From Octopus vulgaris (taxonomy: Eukaryota), in NCBI GenBank assembly GCA_951406725.2, contig OX597826.1:55676001-55740000 (forward strand): a DNA stretch of 64,000 bases, given 5' to 3'. The position numbers and the translations under genes are program-made. The notes beneath the pieces are model-generated. The model had not been told where the DNA came from and did no database searches. It worked only from the letters and a program-made list of their open reading frames with translations. Of the stretch, positions 51,434 to 64,000 are shown one piece after another. Position 1 is the stretch's first letter. Each line of letters starts with the position of its first letter.

Positions 51434-51463
<30 letters not shown>
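51188..51463 (+). mobile_element. SINE group A (tail type 3, V-SINE-like segment) with (TTA)n tail
   Basis: Same head and core as the other group A copies, then GCTGCGATGTACTGGCGTCCCGTCCA...GAAACCGGG, resembling the V-SINE conserved block. Confidence 0.85.
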
Positions 51464-51464
<1 letters not shown>

Positions 51465-51525
51465 AATATATATATATATGTGTGCGTGTGTGTGTAAATA
51501 TTTATATATATATATATATATATGA

Positions 51526-51584
<59 letters not shown>

Positions 51585-51585
<1 letters not shown>

Positions 51586-51960
51586 TTATTGGCTACACGG
51601 GGTTGAACACAGAGGGGACAAAATACGAAGTAGAGCTTTTCTTTTGGGGAATTGATAAAAAAGGTGGGTAGAAATTCGATCAAAAGGGATCATGAAGAGT
51701 AAAATTATCAGCGATATACGGAGTATGAGTAAGATGACCTACCAGAAATAAAAGGATGGAGAAGAGAAATGGAAAAGAGAAAGAGCAATGTATGGAATTA
51801 ATGCAAAATGGTTAAGGAATTGGTGAAAAGAATGGCAACATGTTTGGCTTGAGCTGAGGCAAAGCCGGCGATTACGTCTTGGAGAATTAGAAATAAATTC
51901 GGGACATATTGAAGATGGACGGAGAAGAATAGTTATGTTGAGAGGGGGGAATGATAATTT
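51585..51960 (-). mobile_element. Probable LINE 3' UTR fragment sharing its 3' terminus with SINE C tail type 2
   Basis: TTTATTGGCTACACGGGGTTGAACACAGAGGGGACAAA vs the SINE tail TTTATTACCCACAAGGGGCTAAACACAGAGGGGACAAA. No SINE body follows. Confidence 0.5.
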
Positions 51961-52176
51961 TCTTTTTTTTGCTAACAGAGGGAGAGAAAGAAAGAGAAAG
52001 AGACAGAGACCTTGAGAGAGAGAGAGAGAGGGTGGGCTTGGGAAAGAGAGTGAGACAAAGTGAACTTGGGAGAGACAGAGAGAAAGACAGAGAGACTAGC
52101 AAACAAAATTTGGGAGCAAGGAAGAGAATATTGAAGTAATTAATAGAACGAAATGGGTAAGGGTTAATAAATACAG

Positions 52177-52226
<50 letters not shown>

Positions 52227-52313
52227 AAATGTCTGTCTATATATGTATATATGTAAATATGTATATATACATTATTACATGCTTACATATATACACATCC
52301 ATTTTTTCTTTAA

Positions 52314-52699
52314 TTCTTTTATTTGATTCAGTCATCTGACTGCGGCTATGCCGGAGTACCTCCTTTAGTCGAACAAATCGACACTAGAACTCATCTATCG
52401 GTGTCTTTTGCCGAACAGCTAAGTTACAGGGACGTAAACACACCAACATCGGTTGTCAAGTGATGGTGGGGGGGGACAGAGACAGACACACAAACATATA
52501 CATATATACAGACTTCTTTCAGTTTCCTTATTTCTTTACTGCCGTCAGTTTCCGTCTACCAAATCCACTCACAAGACTTTGGCTCGCTCGAGGCTATAAG
52601 TAGAGGACACTTTCCCAAGGTGCCACGCATTGGGACTGAACCCGGAACTCTGTGATTGGTAAGCAAGCAAGCTACTTACTACAAAGCCACTCCTGCACC
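52314..52699 (-). mobile_element. SINE group B containing a 17-nt micro-insertion
   Basis: Homolog of 11478-11947. TTATTTCTTTACTGCCG (52528-52544) is flanked by a TCAGTTTCC duplication. Confidence 0.88.
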
Positions 52700-52743
52700 T
52701 ATATATGTGTGTGTGTGTGTGTGTCTATTCACAAATATACACT

Positions 52744-52896
<153 letters not shown>

Positions 52897-53061
52897 GTAT
52901 GAATGCAAAAGTATAAACACATACACACGTGGGTGTAAGGTGAGTGAGAGGGACAGACACCAGACGCTCACACACACACACACGTATACACATACATTCA
53001 CATATATGTACATACATACACACACATATAGATAGATAGATAAATAGATTGACAGACAGAC

Positions 53062-53134
<73 letters not shown>

Positions 53135-53514
53135 CATACATACATACATACATACATACATACATACATACATACATACATACATACATACATAGAAACA
53201 GGCAGAGGAGTAAAGAAAAGGGACAACGATATCATTGAAAGCGTTAGTGTAAAAACCTGTGGATGAAGAAATATTAAAACAATGCAAAATAATATAGAAG
53301 AAAAATGAAGCAATGGATTATTCCAAACGAGAGTATAAGAAAGAAACTGCGTGGGGAAAGGGAGAAGAAGATAAGGAGTGGTAGAACTGGCACAAACTCG
53401 TTAAGTTTGAAGGGACAAAAAATAAATCGAAAAACTGTAGAATGGGAATGGCTGAATCTTTTGTTCCATCCGAAAAAGTGGGAGTGAAGTGTGTGTGTGT
53501 GTGTGTGTGTGTGT

Positions 53515-53626
<112 letters not shown>

Positions 53627-53828
53627 TTGTATACACACATACACAAAAAATATAGGTGTGTATATATATATATATATATATTTGAGCGTGCATGTATATA
53701 TCTATGCATGCATATATTCATGTATGTATGTGCATATAGATAACAGATAGATAAATAGATAGACCGACAGAAAGACAGACAGATAGATAGAAATATATAT
53801 ATATATATATTTATAAATTTATATTTAT

Positions 53829-53910
<82 letters not shown>

Positions 53911-54681
53911 GAACGAGAGAGGGGATTTAGAAAACCTAGAAAAAGGTAAGGAACATAGATTATGAAAATATAGAGTAGAATGGCGGTATGATTAGTTCCG
54001 ACTTTGTGAATGAAAGAAAGAAAAATATAAAGATTGTGAAAGAGAGAGAGATGAATAGAGGAAGAATTATTGTAAAAAAAAGTATCTCTTAGAATGAAAA
54101 GGGAAAAATGAAAAAAAAATTCAAAATGTATGAGAAGAGAAAATTTTACTTGAAAGGAAAGAGTGACGAATGAAAATTAAACATGGCGTAAATTGTAAAA
54201 GAAAAACATCGATGAATGACAGCAACAACGAAAGACAAACAATAAAAATCAAGAAGAAGAAGGGGAAGAAGACGAGAGTAACAAGAACAACAATAATAGT
54301 AACGGCAACAACAAGGTGAAAGTTCTATGTGAAGTGAAAAATAAATAATTTGGTGATATAAAAAGAGGGTAAAACAAATAAAGGTATTGTAGTAAATATG
54401 TAGAAGTGAGTTACATGAAAGCAAATATGTCTGCCAAAAAGTAAAAAGAGCAGAAAAAAAAAGAAATAAACAAATGAAAATATGGGAAGAAGTATCTGTG
54501 TTAAATTTGGCAAACATCTGAGTATAGAAAGTTTGCTGGAGAGATGGGAGAGATGGGAGAGACGGAAGAGAGATGGGCAACAGGAGGAAGTGTAAAAGAA
54601 GCGGAGAAAAAACTGATGATGAACAAAATAAAAATAGATGGAGAAAAATGAAGACAATTGGAAAGAAAAACGGATCGCATG

Positions 54682-54750
<69 letters not shown>

Positions 54751-55052
54751 CATATATATACATATATAGATATGCAAATGTTTGTACATATATATTTGAA
54801 GAAATGCATATGTACATATGTACGCATTTATGTGTGTGTATATATATATATATATCTTTATATATATATATATATATAGTTGTATTTATGTCTGCGTATA
54901 TATATGTATATAGATATATATACCTATATAGATTGAGAGAGACATAGATATACATACATACATACATGCATACATATATTTCTATATTTCTATACATGCA
55001 CACGCATCTATACATATTCGTGTACAGGCACAGACACATGCATAATCATGCA

Positions 55053-55121
<69 letters not shown>

Positions 55122-56620
55122 TATATATATGTAAATATATATATATTTATATTAAAGGTTCAATAGTCAATGTTAAACCATGCTTGAAAATGAAGTAAAA
55201 TTCAAGTACCCCTAGAATATGACGCATACTTATTATTCTAACGCATAGCTGCTTATTTCTTCTCCAACATATTGAGGACGGTCTACTTCGATGACTTTTT
55301 GATATAGAATGTGTTTTACTTTTTCCTCTCCAGTGGCGTCATTCATTACGATTCTCTATATTTGCATGTTAGAGTTATTTTCCTTCTTCTTTGTCCCTCT
55401 CTTCTCTCTACCTTTCTCTCTTTCACCCTTTTTTTTCATTCTTTTTGAAGTAGTGGTAATTAACTTTTGTATTACCATACGATTGTAATCAACATTTATT
55501 TAGATCTAGGCGTTATATATTGCATACATGTAGAGGAACTTTTTGCATTATCTGCAGACGTGTCTCTATATTTATATCTACTGTAATACTTCATGTCCTA
55601 TTACAGTTATGTTATTAGGGAATTGCAATGTTTTCAAAATAATTATTTATATCATCTGCAGATTTACGTCTTTATCTCCCAGTAATATTTCGATATTATG
55701 GAATTCAAATGTAAGTTCTTCAAAATAATGTACACAAATCGAAATCTTGTATAAGACACTGTAAGGATGACAAGAGTTGTATAGTCGAGTGTGCCAGATA
55801 TTTTGAGTGACGTATGATATGGAGATAGCGAAGTGAGTGTATCAGAGACCTAGTAATGGTCGAAGTAGAAAGAAGAAACGCTGCATTTATAAAATAACAG
55901 TTGTAGAATTTTGGTCAGCAAATCTTTACCAGTCATGCGATATATCTTGGATATTTTCGCTTGATTATGTATGTCTTTGTAATAGCAATAGTGTCCTGTA
56001 TGTGTCTGTGAGTGTAGGTGTGTGTATGGTATGTGTGTGTACATGTGTGTGCTTATGTTTATCCACGCGCTTGCTGTATTTCATTGTAGGTCGAACATAT
56101 ATCTTAAAGAGAGTCAGCAACTGATGATTGCTGGTACATGATTTAGTCCTAAAGAAATTCAATCTTTCCATGTAGTTACAGTATTTTATATATACAAACA
56201 CACACACACACACGTATGTGTGTATATTAATACACATGCATATGTATGAGTGTGTGTGTGTGAGTGCGTGTGCATGAGTATGTGTGTGTGAAGTCACCAT
56301 GAGAGACTATCAGAGATTGTGAAACTGAGTATATGCAGGTAATTGAGGGGTTTAGCTATGTTTTGTTCATTCTTATTCGTGTAACATCGTCCGTTTTTCC
56401 ATCCTTGTTTTGAATACATTCGAGGCTTTCTTCCAAGGAATCTAATGCGCTTGGCTTAGATTTTCCTTTGGGGCTGGCCAGATTGGAGCAATCTCAAGAT
56501 TAATCAGCCGAAATTGCGAGGATGATCCGGTTCTTGACTGAAGATTGAAGGTTTCGAATGTCCCGTCTGTGTTTTTTGTATCGTCTTCTAAATGCTTTGC
56601 GTTCTTGTCCCAGTTTGTAT

Positions 56621-56685
<65 letters not shown>

Positions 56686-57279
56686 CATGAGTGACTGAGA
56701 GAGAGAGCGCGCGCTGTTGTGATGGTTATATCGACGTCCACGACTGGAAATTTAAAAATAAACTGAAATACTGTATCCTCCACCCAGTCGTATACGTGCT
56801 TAAAATTACAATGAGAATACCATTAATGGAAAGAATGAATTATGTGGAGGACATTAGACGACTCTAGTGATAAAGTCATACTAACCAGAGTTGAAAGAGT
56901 GTGGGATAGGGCATGCTGCAACGGAGCCGACGATAATGTTTCTTTTTTTTCTAAACCCAATAGGTGAATACAGGAAAAAATCTATGCAACACAGTTACGA
57001 AATACTCGCTTCAGAAAATCGTCAAAGTATAATTCAGAGAGCGTGTGCAAAATCATTGTTGCTCAATGAGGTTTTGAAGAACCAGAGAGTAAGAATATGT
57101 TTACATAGAAGTTACAAATGAAAGTGGAAAGAAAAAAAGGGAAAGGAAAATAACGTTTTGTGCTAATTGACGTTAAAATGAAATAGAGAATCTGAAGATG
57201 ATTTGAAAAAAAAACAAGGTTGATGTTCTATATCACTTTTCACTTCCCGACTGAAATAATGTTTTCTAAGATACACAGT

Positions 57280-57686
57280 GACAAGGTTTGAAGAGAGACG
57301 TAATCGATGAAATCGACTCGATGTCTTTGACTGCAAAGATGATTACAAGAACAATTTGAACTCAGAATTTAAACAAGCATCAGATGATAGCAAAATACTG
57401 CAAAATATATCATCTCACACACTACTGATTTAGCCAGGGCAACAATAACAATAACAACAACGATTATGTTTCTTATTTAGACACTAAGCCAGAAATTTTG
57501 TGGAAGAGAAGATATTTAGTCGATTCCATTGATTTTCGTATTTGATTGGAAATATATTTCACCGACCCCAGGGAATCATAGGTACAGTTGACCTCAGTGA
57601 GATTTGAACTCAGAACGTAAAGAGCAAAAAGATATACTACAAAGCGGTTTCCTGACATTCTGAAGATTCTGCCAATCTACTGCCTA
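57280..57686 (-). mobile_element. Two degenerate SINE group C copies
   Basis: ATTTGAACTCAGAA at ~57354 and ~57602; GTTGACCTCAGTGAGATTTGAACTCAGAACGTAAAG. Confidence 0.7.
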
Positions 57687-58749
57687 AGCATCTCCAACAA
57701 CAATTTTTTATAATTTTGTCATGGGGTCACCAATCCAGAGAGCATGGTTCAAGACGATTACATTGCCCCCCACAGTATATGTTTGGCCATTTATTTTATT
57801 GTCCTAGAGGAAGAGACAAAGTAAAGGTGAACTTGTAAACAAATGTATGCCATAACTACTACACCGACTATTAAAATGTTTTATAGATAGAAAAAAACTA
57901 AGAAGAAATATAAATTTATATAGAAAAAAACACAGAATCATAAAATATGAAAACCGTTTAGAACAACCAGCATGCCGGAGAGAACCCCTCTAGAGGGATT
58001 AAGCTAGAGCAGCCCTCGACTTGGCTACAAGAGGCTCAAGTTATGATGCAATTGCCTTTGTCACACATATTTGCCAGGTAGACTTTTACGATGCCAGAAA
58101 ATGAATAGCTAAGACATGTTTCTTTGCCGAAGTTCCAGCGAAACAAGGAAATCTGAATACGTACTTCTTGCTTCTCAGCTTGAATTTTCCATTCAAATGG
58201 ATGTCATTTCTTTATTTTCTTTCTTTCACAACAGGTTTTCTGGATGTTCTGTTTATTGTTATTTTCGTATTTTGTATGTCGTGCAAATGTGCGTCTCGGG
58301 CATATTCAGTTAAGACTGAACCTGCACTTACGAGTACAGGCTTTTGGTTCATAATTTTTTTTCCGGTTTATCTTGTTTGAAATTCTGTTTATTAATGTTT
58401 TAAAAATATTATTTTTGTGTGTTCGAAGACTAAATGACTGTTTTGTGACAAAAGGGCGTATTTTAGTGTTGCAATTTTTCTTGTTGCTAGCTTTTACTCT
58501 TCGTCTAGTAGTGGAAACCATATTCAAAATTTTTGGAAACCATAAGATTCTACATACCAAAAAAAAAAAAATTAAATGATACTTAAAACAGAACTACTGT
58601 CTATCATAAGTATTGAGTTAGATGTGCCAAAAAAAAAAAAGAATAATTTTCTACTAATAAAACTTCTTAATAATTGTACACGACAAATACAAATAATAAT
58701 GATAACAACAACAACAACAACAGCAATGATAATAATAATGATGATGATG

Positions 58750-58839
<90 letters not shown>

Positions 58840-59155
58840 GTAATAATAATAATAATAATAATAACAATAATAATTTTCAGAGAAAACATAATAAGAAGCA
58901 TATATTCAAGCTACCCTATTGATATAAACATTATCACGCCTCTCTTTCTCATGTCTGATGTCAAATTTGGTAAGATTCTGCTATGAATAATGCTTCTCCA
59001 TTCTTTCAAACATAGAGAAATAGTATACATATGTATACATGGTTATGCACAAACATACGTCCATTCACACGCACACATACGTTTCTATGAAAATATATCT
59101 ATGTGAGTATGTATGATTAAACACTTACACACACGCACATCCACAGATATATATG

Positions 59156-59216
<61 letters not shown>

Positions 59217-59636
59217 ATATATATGTATATATATGTGTGTGTGTGTATGTGCGTGCGTTTTATGTAGATAGTTATACGTTTCTCTATAAAGGAATGAATG
59301 TATGAGATTATTTGGATAATACCTACGTGTATACATGTGTGTGTTGGTCTCTCACTCTCTTTCTATATATATATATATATATATGTACAAATCTATATAT
59401 CTATGTGCATATTTACACCAGATATGTCTGCAGAAGTGAGAAAGTTTAGAGGACAAAGATAATGTGTGCAAAGAGAAGGGAGAGAGAGGAAAGAAAAAGA
59501 TGTTGCGAAAGAGAGCAATTGAAAGGCCAAGAGAGACAGAGAGATAGAGAAAGAGAAAGAGAATTAGAAACAGAATTAAAAAGTATGGGAGATGGTTAAG
59601 CGATAGAGAGGGCAAGAAAGAGAAGAATATACGAGC

Positions 59637-59670
<34 letters not shown>

Positions 59671-60273
59671 AGGGACTGAGAGCTTTTGAATTCGTGTAGA
59701 AATATAGTTAGAAAAGAGGAGGTAAAAAAACTAATATATATATATAAAAAATTGTTTTTTGTTTTATATTTTTTTGTTTTATGATTGTTTTTGTCTGATT
59801 TTATGTATAGGTTCATAGACACGCATACATACGCACATGTGCATGTGCATACACACACACACATATATATATATATATGTATATAAATATGTGTGTGTGT
59901 GTGTGTGTGTTCATATGCGTGTATGCCTTTGTACGTAAATGTAATCGTGTGATATGTTACAGTATTACATCGAAAGTACCTATGCTTAAGAAGAACAAGA
60001 ACGGTGGGAGAGGAGGGAGGAATTGGGAGAGGAAAAGTGGGATGAAAGTGGCAGGGGGAATGAGAGGGTGAAAGTTTATATGCGACACTGAAACAGACAT
60101 GTGAAATAGCAGCAATATATATATATACATATATATATACATACATACATACATATATATATATATACATATTTACATGTGTTTGTATATTTATGTATTT
60201 ATATGTTTATGTATATATATATACATATGTATATTATATATATTAAATATATACATGCATACATACATATATT

Positions 60274-60358
<85 letters not shown>

Positions 60359-61369
60359 GTACATGTACACATACAGTTTTATATATATATATAAAGCAAA
60401 GTTTCCACTTGTTACATATTGCTTGATATTCTTCCTATAAGCTGTCCGTCCACTTCTTAACCATAAATTATGTTTGTTTTCTTTTTATCATTTTTTATTA
60501 TTTTTTTTTTGTATATATATATATGTCTGGTGTTGCCATGTTGTGCTGACAACACACATTTGACCAATGTCTCATGACTATGTGGCTTTCCTTCTCTCTC
60601 TCTTTCTCTCCCATTCTCCTTCTTCTTCTCTCTCTCTCTCTCTCGCACGGATACACAAAATATACACGCACACGTGAACACATATAAACGCTCATACACA
60701 TACATATACACACGCAATTCTCTGCCGCGACATTATGTTCCCTCTAAAGAAATAATGCTTTCAATTTATTTGTAAAGGTTAGCAATGACTGTTTACATCA
60801 ATGGACAAAGGTTGACTTGAAAAACACTCATTCAAACATGTGTATTACCTTACTTTATTATCAGTAAGTATCACAAGACTGGTAAATAATGTTGTTCTTA
60901 CAACAGCATAAGGTGGGGGGACGGGGCCAGACGAAAGGGAAGGGCGATATTCCTTCGAAATAAACGATTTAAGCGACCATATGTAGTAGTTTGGAATATA
61001 TTAGAATATAAACGTTAGCTGGACGAGTTCTTTTCTTTATAACTTAGTAAACGGAGAACAGGCCTTTTTGAAACTATTTACAAGATCTTGTCCCAGATAT
61101 ATGGGTATTTTAGTCTAACTGATTCGACTGATACCCGGCCTGAACTTTGGGTAGGTTTCAGTCTACAGAATTAAACGGAAATAGAGGTTTGATCAAAATA
61201 CTTGAACTTGGGTCAGAAGCATTCCAGACTGTGCCGTCCGTCATTGGCAGACTGGGTAGATTCTTAAAGATCGCACAGGTTTAAGGGCCAAATGTGTATC
61301 AATGTGGGCAGTGTCTTGGTGTTAATAAATATATGAATGCCTTGTCTCAGAGTAATGATTTATTTTATT

Positions 61370-61768
61370 TTCTACTCTAGGCACAAGTCTCGAAATTTTG
61401 GGGGAAGGGACCAGGCCATTAGATGGACCCCAGTACGCAACTGGTACTTAATTTATCGATTCAGAAGGGATGAAAAGCAAAGTTGACCTCGGTGGAATTT
61501 GAACTCAGAACGTAAAGACAGACGAAATACTGCTAAGCATTTCGCCCGGCCAGCTAACTTTTCTTATTTCTTTACTGCCGACAAGGGGCTACAAGGACAA
61601 ACAAGGACAGACAAACAGATTAATTCGATCATATCGACCTCAGTACGCACTGGTACTTAATTTAGCGACCCCCGAAAGAATGAAAGTCAAAGTTGACCTC
61701 GGTGAAATTTGAACGTAAAGACAGACGAAATACCCGGCTTTCTAACGTTTCTGCCACCTTGCCGCCTT
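61370..61768 (-). mobile_element. SINE group C with a tail-type-2 copy inserted into its head
   Basis: CTAAC(T/G)TTTCT is duplicated at ~61554 and ~61742 around the inner copy. Confidence 0.88.
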
Positions 61769-61829
61769 AGATTAATGATTCTATTATATATATTATATTG
61801 TAGTTATATTACAAAATATCATAAATATA

Positions 61830-61957
61830 AGGTGTAAGGGTGGCTCCGTGGTACGAAGCTTGCTTTCTAACCACATGGTTCCGTGTTAGTCCCACTCTGG
61901 CCGACCAAAATTTTATGAGTGGATTTGGTTGTCGAAAGCTGATAGCCCGTCGTATAC

Positions 61958-62027
<70 letters not shown>

Positions 62028-62258
62028 GCGTGCGTTGTATGTGAGTGTATGTATGCATTTGTACTCCAAGACTGCTTGACAACCAGTTTTGGCATGTTAA
62101 TTTTCCTATAACGTAGTGGTTCGGCAAAATAGAGCGATAGAATAAATACAAGATTTTCAAAATAGAAAATACTACGGTCGCGTCATTCGACTAAAGAATT
62201 CTTCAGTGCGGTGCCCCAGAATGGTCGCAGTCTAATGACTGAAACAAGTAAAAGATAA
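61830..62258 (+). mobile_element. SINE group B with internal (TA)n
   Basis: GTGGTACGAAGCTTGCTTTCTAACCACATGGTTCC...GTCGCAGTCTAATGACTGAAACAAGTAAAAGA. Confidence 0.85.
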
Positions 62259-63024
62259 ATGGCTGAGATGCAAGTTATTCCTTTGACGCCCATTTTAAAC
62301 GTATTTAAGACAAAGCTTACAGAAGGACACGTAACACGTGTTTGGTATTTATACTCGTAACAGAGTGATCACTGCTACAAGCATTCAGAGTAGAATATGA
62401 GAAGTCTGAAGCAGCCATTGTAGCATCGTTCGTTGGACACTGATTTAAGAGACGTTTTGACATTTCTCTCGTTCTCCCTACTACTCTGTTTGTGTGTGTG
62501 AGCATATTTCTCCTTAAGTGTGATGTGAGGGAAAACGTTTATGCTAATCATGTTCAATTACTCTATTGAAATCTCTCTCTCTCTCTCTCTCTTTCTCTCT
62601 TATTTCTCTATCTATCTATCTAGCTATCTAGCTATCTGGACAGTTGTATATTCACTGCGGAAGTATCGTGTTCCTGGGGTATGTGGATCTGTTGGTAATT
62701 ATATGCATATGGTTGTGTTATGCTGATGAAGAGAAATAGATTCTCTCTGTCATTCCGAAATCAATTGATCCATAGCTGAACCTATTCATGAATCTTTTCG
62801 TTTACTTCCTCGCTTTCAGTGCTTTTTATATGAGGTAGTTTTGCATCATTTCGCATCTTCTTTTAGCATGTGGCTTAGTCTATCGTAAGACTCAGTTTTT
62901 ATCCCTTAATATGGTTTTATAAATATAATTATAAAATTATACATTCTATTAAATTTTAAACATAATTCGTTATTACATTCTGGCTACTTGATGAAATCAA
63001 ATATAGAGGTTATCCTTAATTTTA

Positions 63025-63124
<100 letters not shown>

Positions 63125-63321
63125 ATAAGTATATATATACATACATATATATATATATTATATATATATATAAATAGGTGAATGAATTATCCTATGTTTA
63201 TCGTCAGCATGGAAAATTCGTTTAACCGAAACCTGGGTAGCAAATTCACGTCAGAAACACGGTTGAAGCAACCTGTCCAAGGGTAGAAACTCCGGGTTCA
63301 TGTGCAGAAATTTGTGTGTTG

Positions 63322-63540
63322 TATATGAATAAATGAAAGAATGGAGTCGAACGTAGATGTTAACAAAATTCCTTTACTCTCGACATATGTCGAGGCTCCC
63401 TTTCTTTCCTGATGAGAAGATTGCATAATGCACCCTTTATTCCTTTGGAATGAAAACATGTTGTCTTCGAAACATATGTCGAGAGTAAAGGAATTTTGTT
63501 AACATCTTCGTTCGACTCCATTCTTTCATTTATTTATATA
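63322..63540. mobile_element. Penelope-like mini-element with 69-bp inverted arms (63322-63390 / 63472-63540)
   Basis: Arms are reverse-complementary with about 2 mismatches; (TA)-rich flanks. Confidence 0.85.
63399..63491 (+). ncRNA. Type I hammerhead ribozyme with intact catalytic core
   Basis: Stem I CUUUC/GAGAG (plus CCUUU/AAAGG); CUGAUGA at 63409-63415; stem II GAAGAU..GUCUUC with a long loop; GAAA at 63469-63472; palindromic stem III AC-AUAU-GU; GUC triplet at 63478-63480. Confidence 0.8.
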
Positions 63541-63669
63541 TATATATATATCTGTGTGTGTGTGTGTGTTTATATATGTATGTATGTATATATGTATGTA
63601 TGTTGTGTCTAAGGAGAGTCATTATGCAAATCAGATACATAAATGGAATATATATATATATATATATAT

Positions 63670-63830
63670 ATTGATAAAAATGGTAAGACAGCAAAAGAAT
63701 GAAAGAGACCTCGATATTATATAAATGGAGGAATTTATCTGTAAATGTAATATGTGACAATTATTCGGTAGCCATGATAAAACTCCGAGTTTCGGATGCC
63801 GTCATCTCTTCAGTTAAGGGCTAATACACC
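63670..63830 (-). mobile_element. Penelope-like fragment with degenerate hammerhead motif (63778-63817)
   Basis: Minus strand UAA-CUGAAGA-GAUG-ACGG-CAUC-C-GAAAC-UCGGA-GUU-UUA, next to (TA)n. Confidence 0.5.
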
Positions 63831-64000
63831 TTATTTTGGAAAGTCGCCAGACATCGGTTGAGGACCCTGCCCCGTAGAAGAATTCAATGTGGACGCCTAC
63901 TACATCGATTATTCTATGAAAAACATACCTATACCAACAAGGGAACTATACTCTAAGAAACTTTTGGAGATTATTACAGACCTGATTATGCGCATGAGAT

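Noticed and set aside
56530-56570. Hammerhead at GACTGAAGATTGAAGGTTTCGAATGTC
   Set aside because: GAAA is incomplete and stems I and III cannot be formed convincingly.

Overview
Eukaryotic, AT-rich, microsatellite-saturated DNA with no recognisable host protein-coding gene, rRNA, intact tRNA or CRISPR array. Almost all listed ORFs are translations of simple repeats. The repeat content (three tRNA-derived SINE groups, RTE, R4/Dong-like, CR1-like, Helitron and Penelope-like fragments among very long (TA)n/(GATA)n/(AAT)n tracts) looks like a coleoid cephalopod, probably Octopus, intergenic or intronic region; this is an inference from repeat style, not a database match. The main signal is a set of unrelated short elements lodged in microsatellites that carry type I hammerhead-ribozyme motifs, often with inverted terminal arms. 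One has an intact core (63399-63491), one lies 3' of a Penelope-type GIY-YIG fragment (41068-41162), and one is joined through (AAT)n to a palindromic tRNA-derived head (34549-35010). Other points: a near-perfect 125-bp inverted repeat of otherwise unique sequence 2.2 kb apart (3918-4043 / 6256-6380), (AAT)n-associated retroelements, nested and self-inserting SINEs, and a LINE-like 3' end sharing its terminus with one SINE tail. All alignments and folds were done by eye, and boundaries of degenerate elements are approximate.
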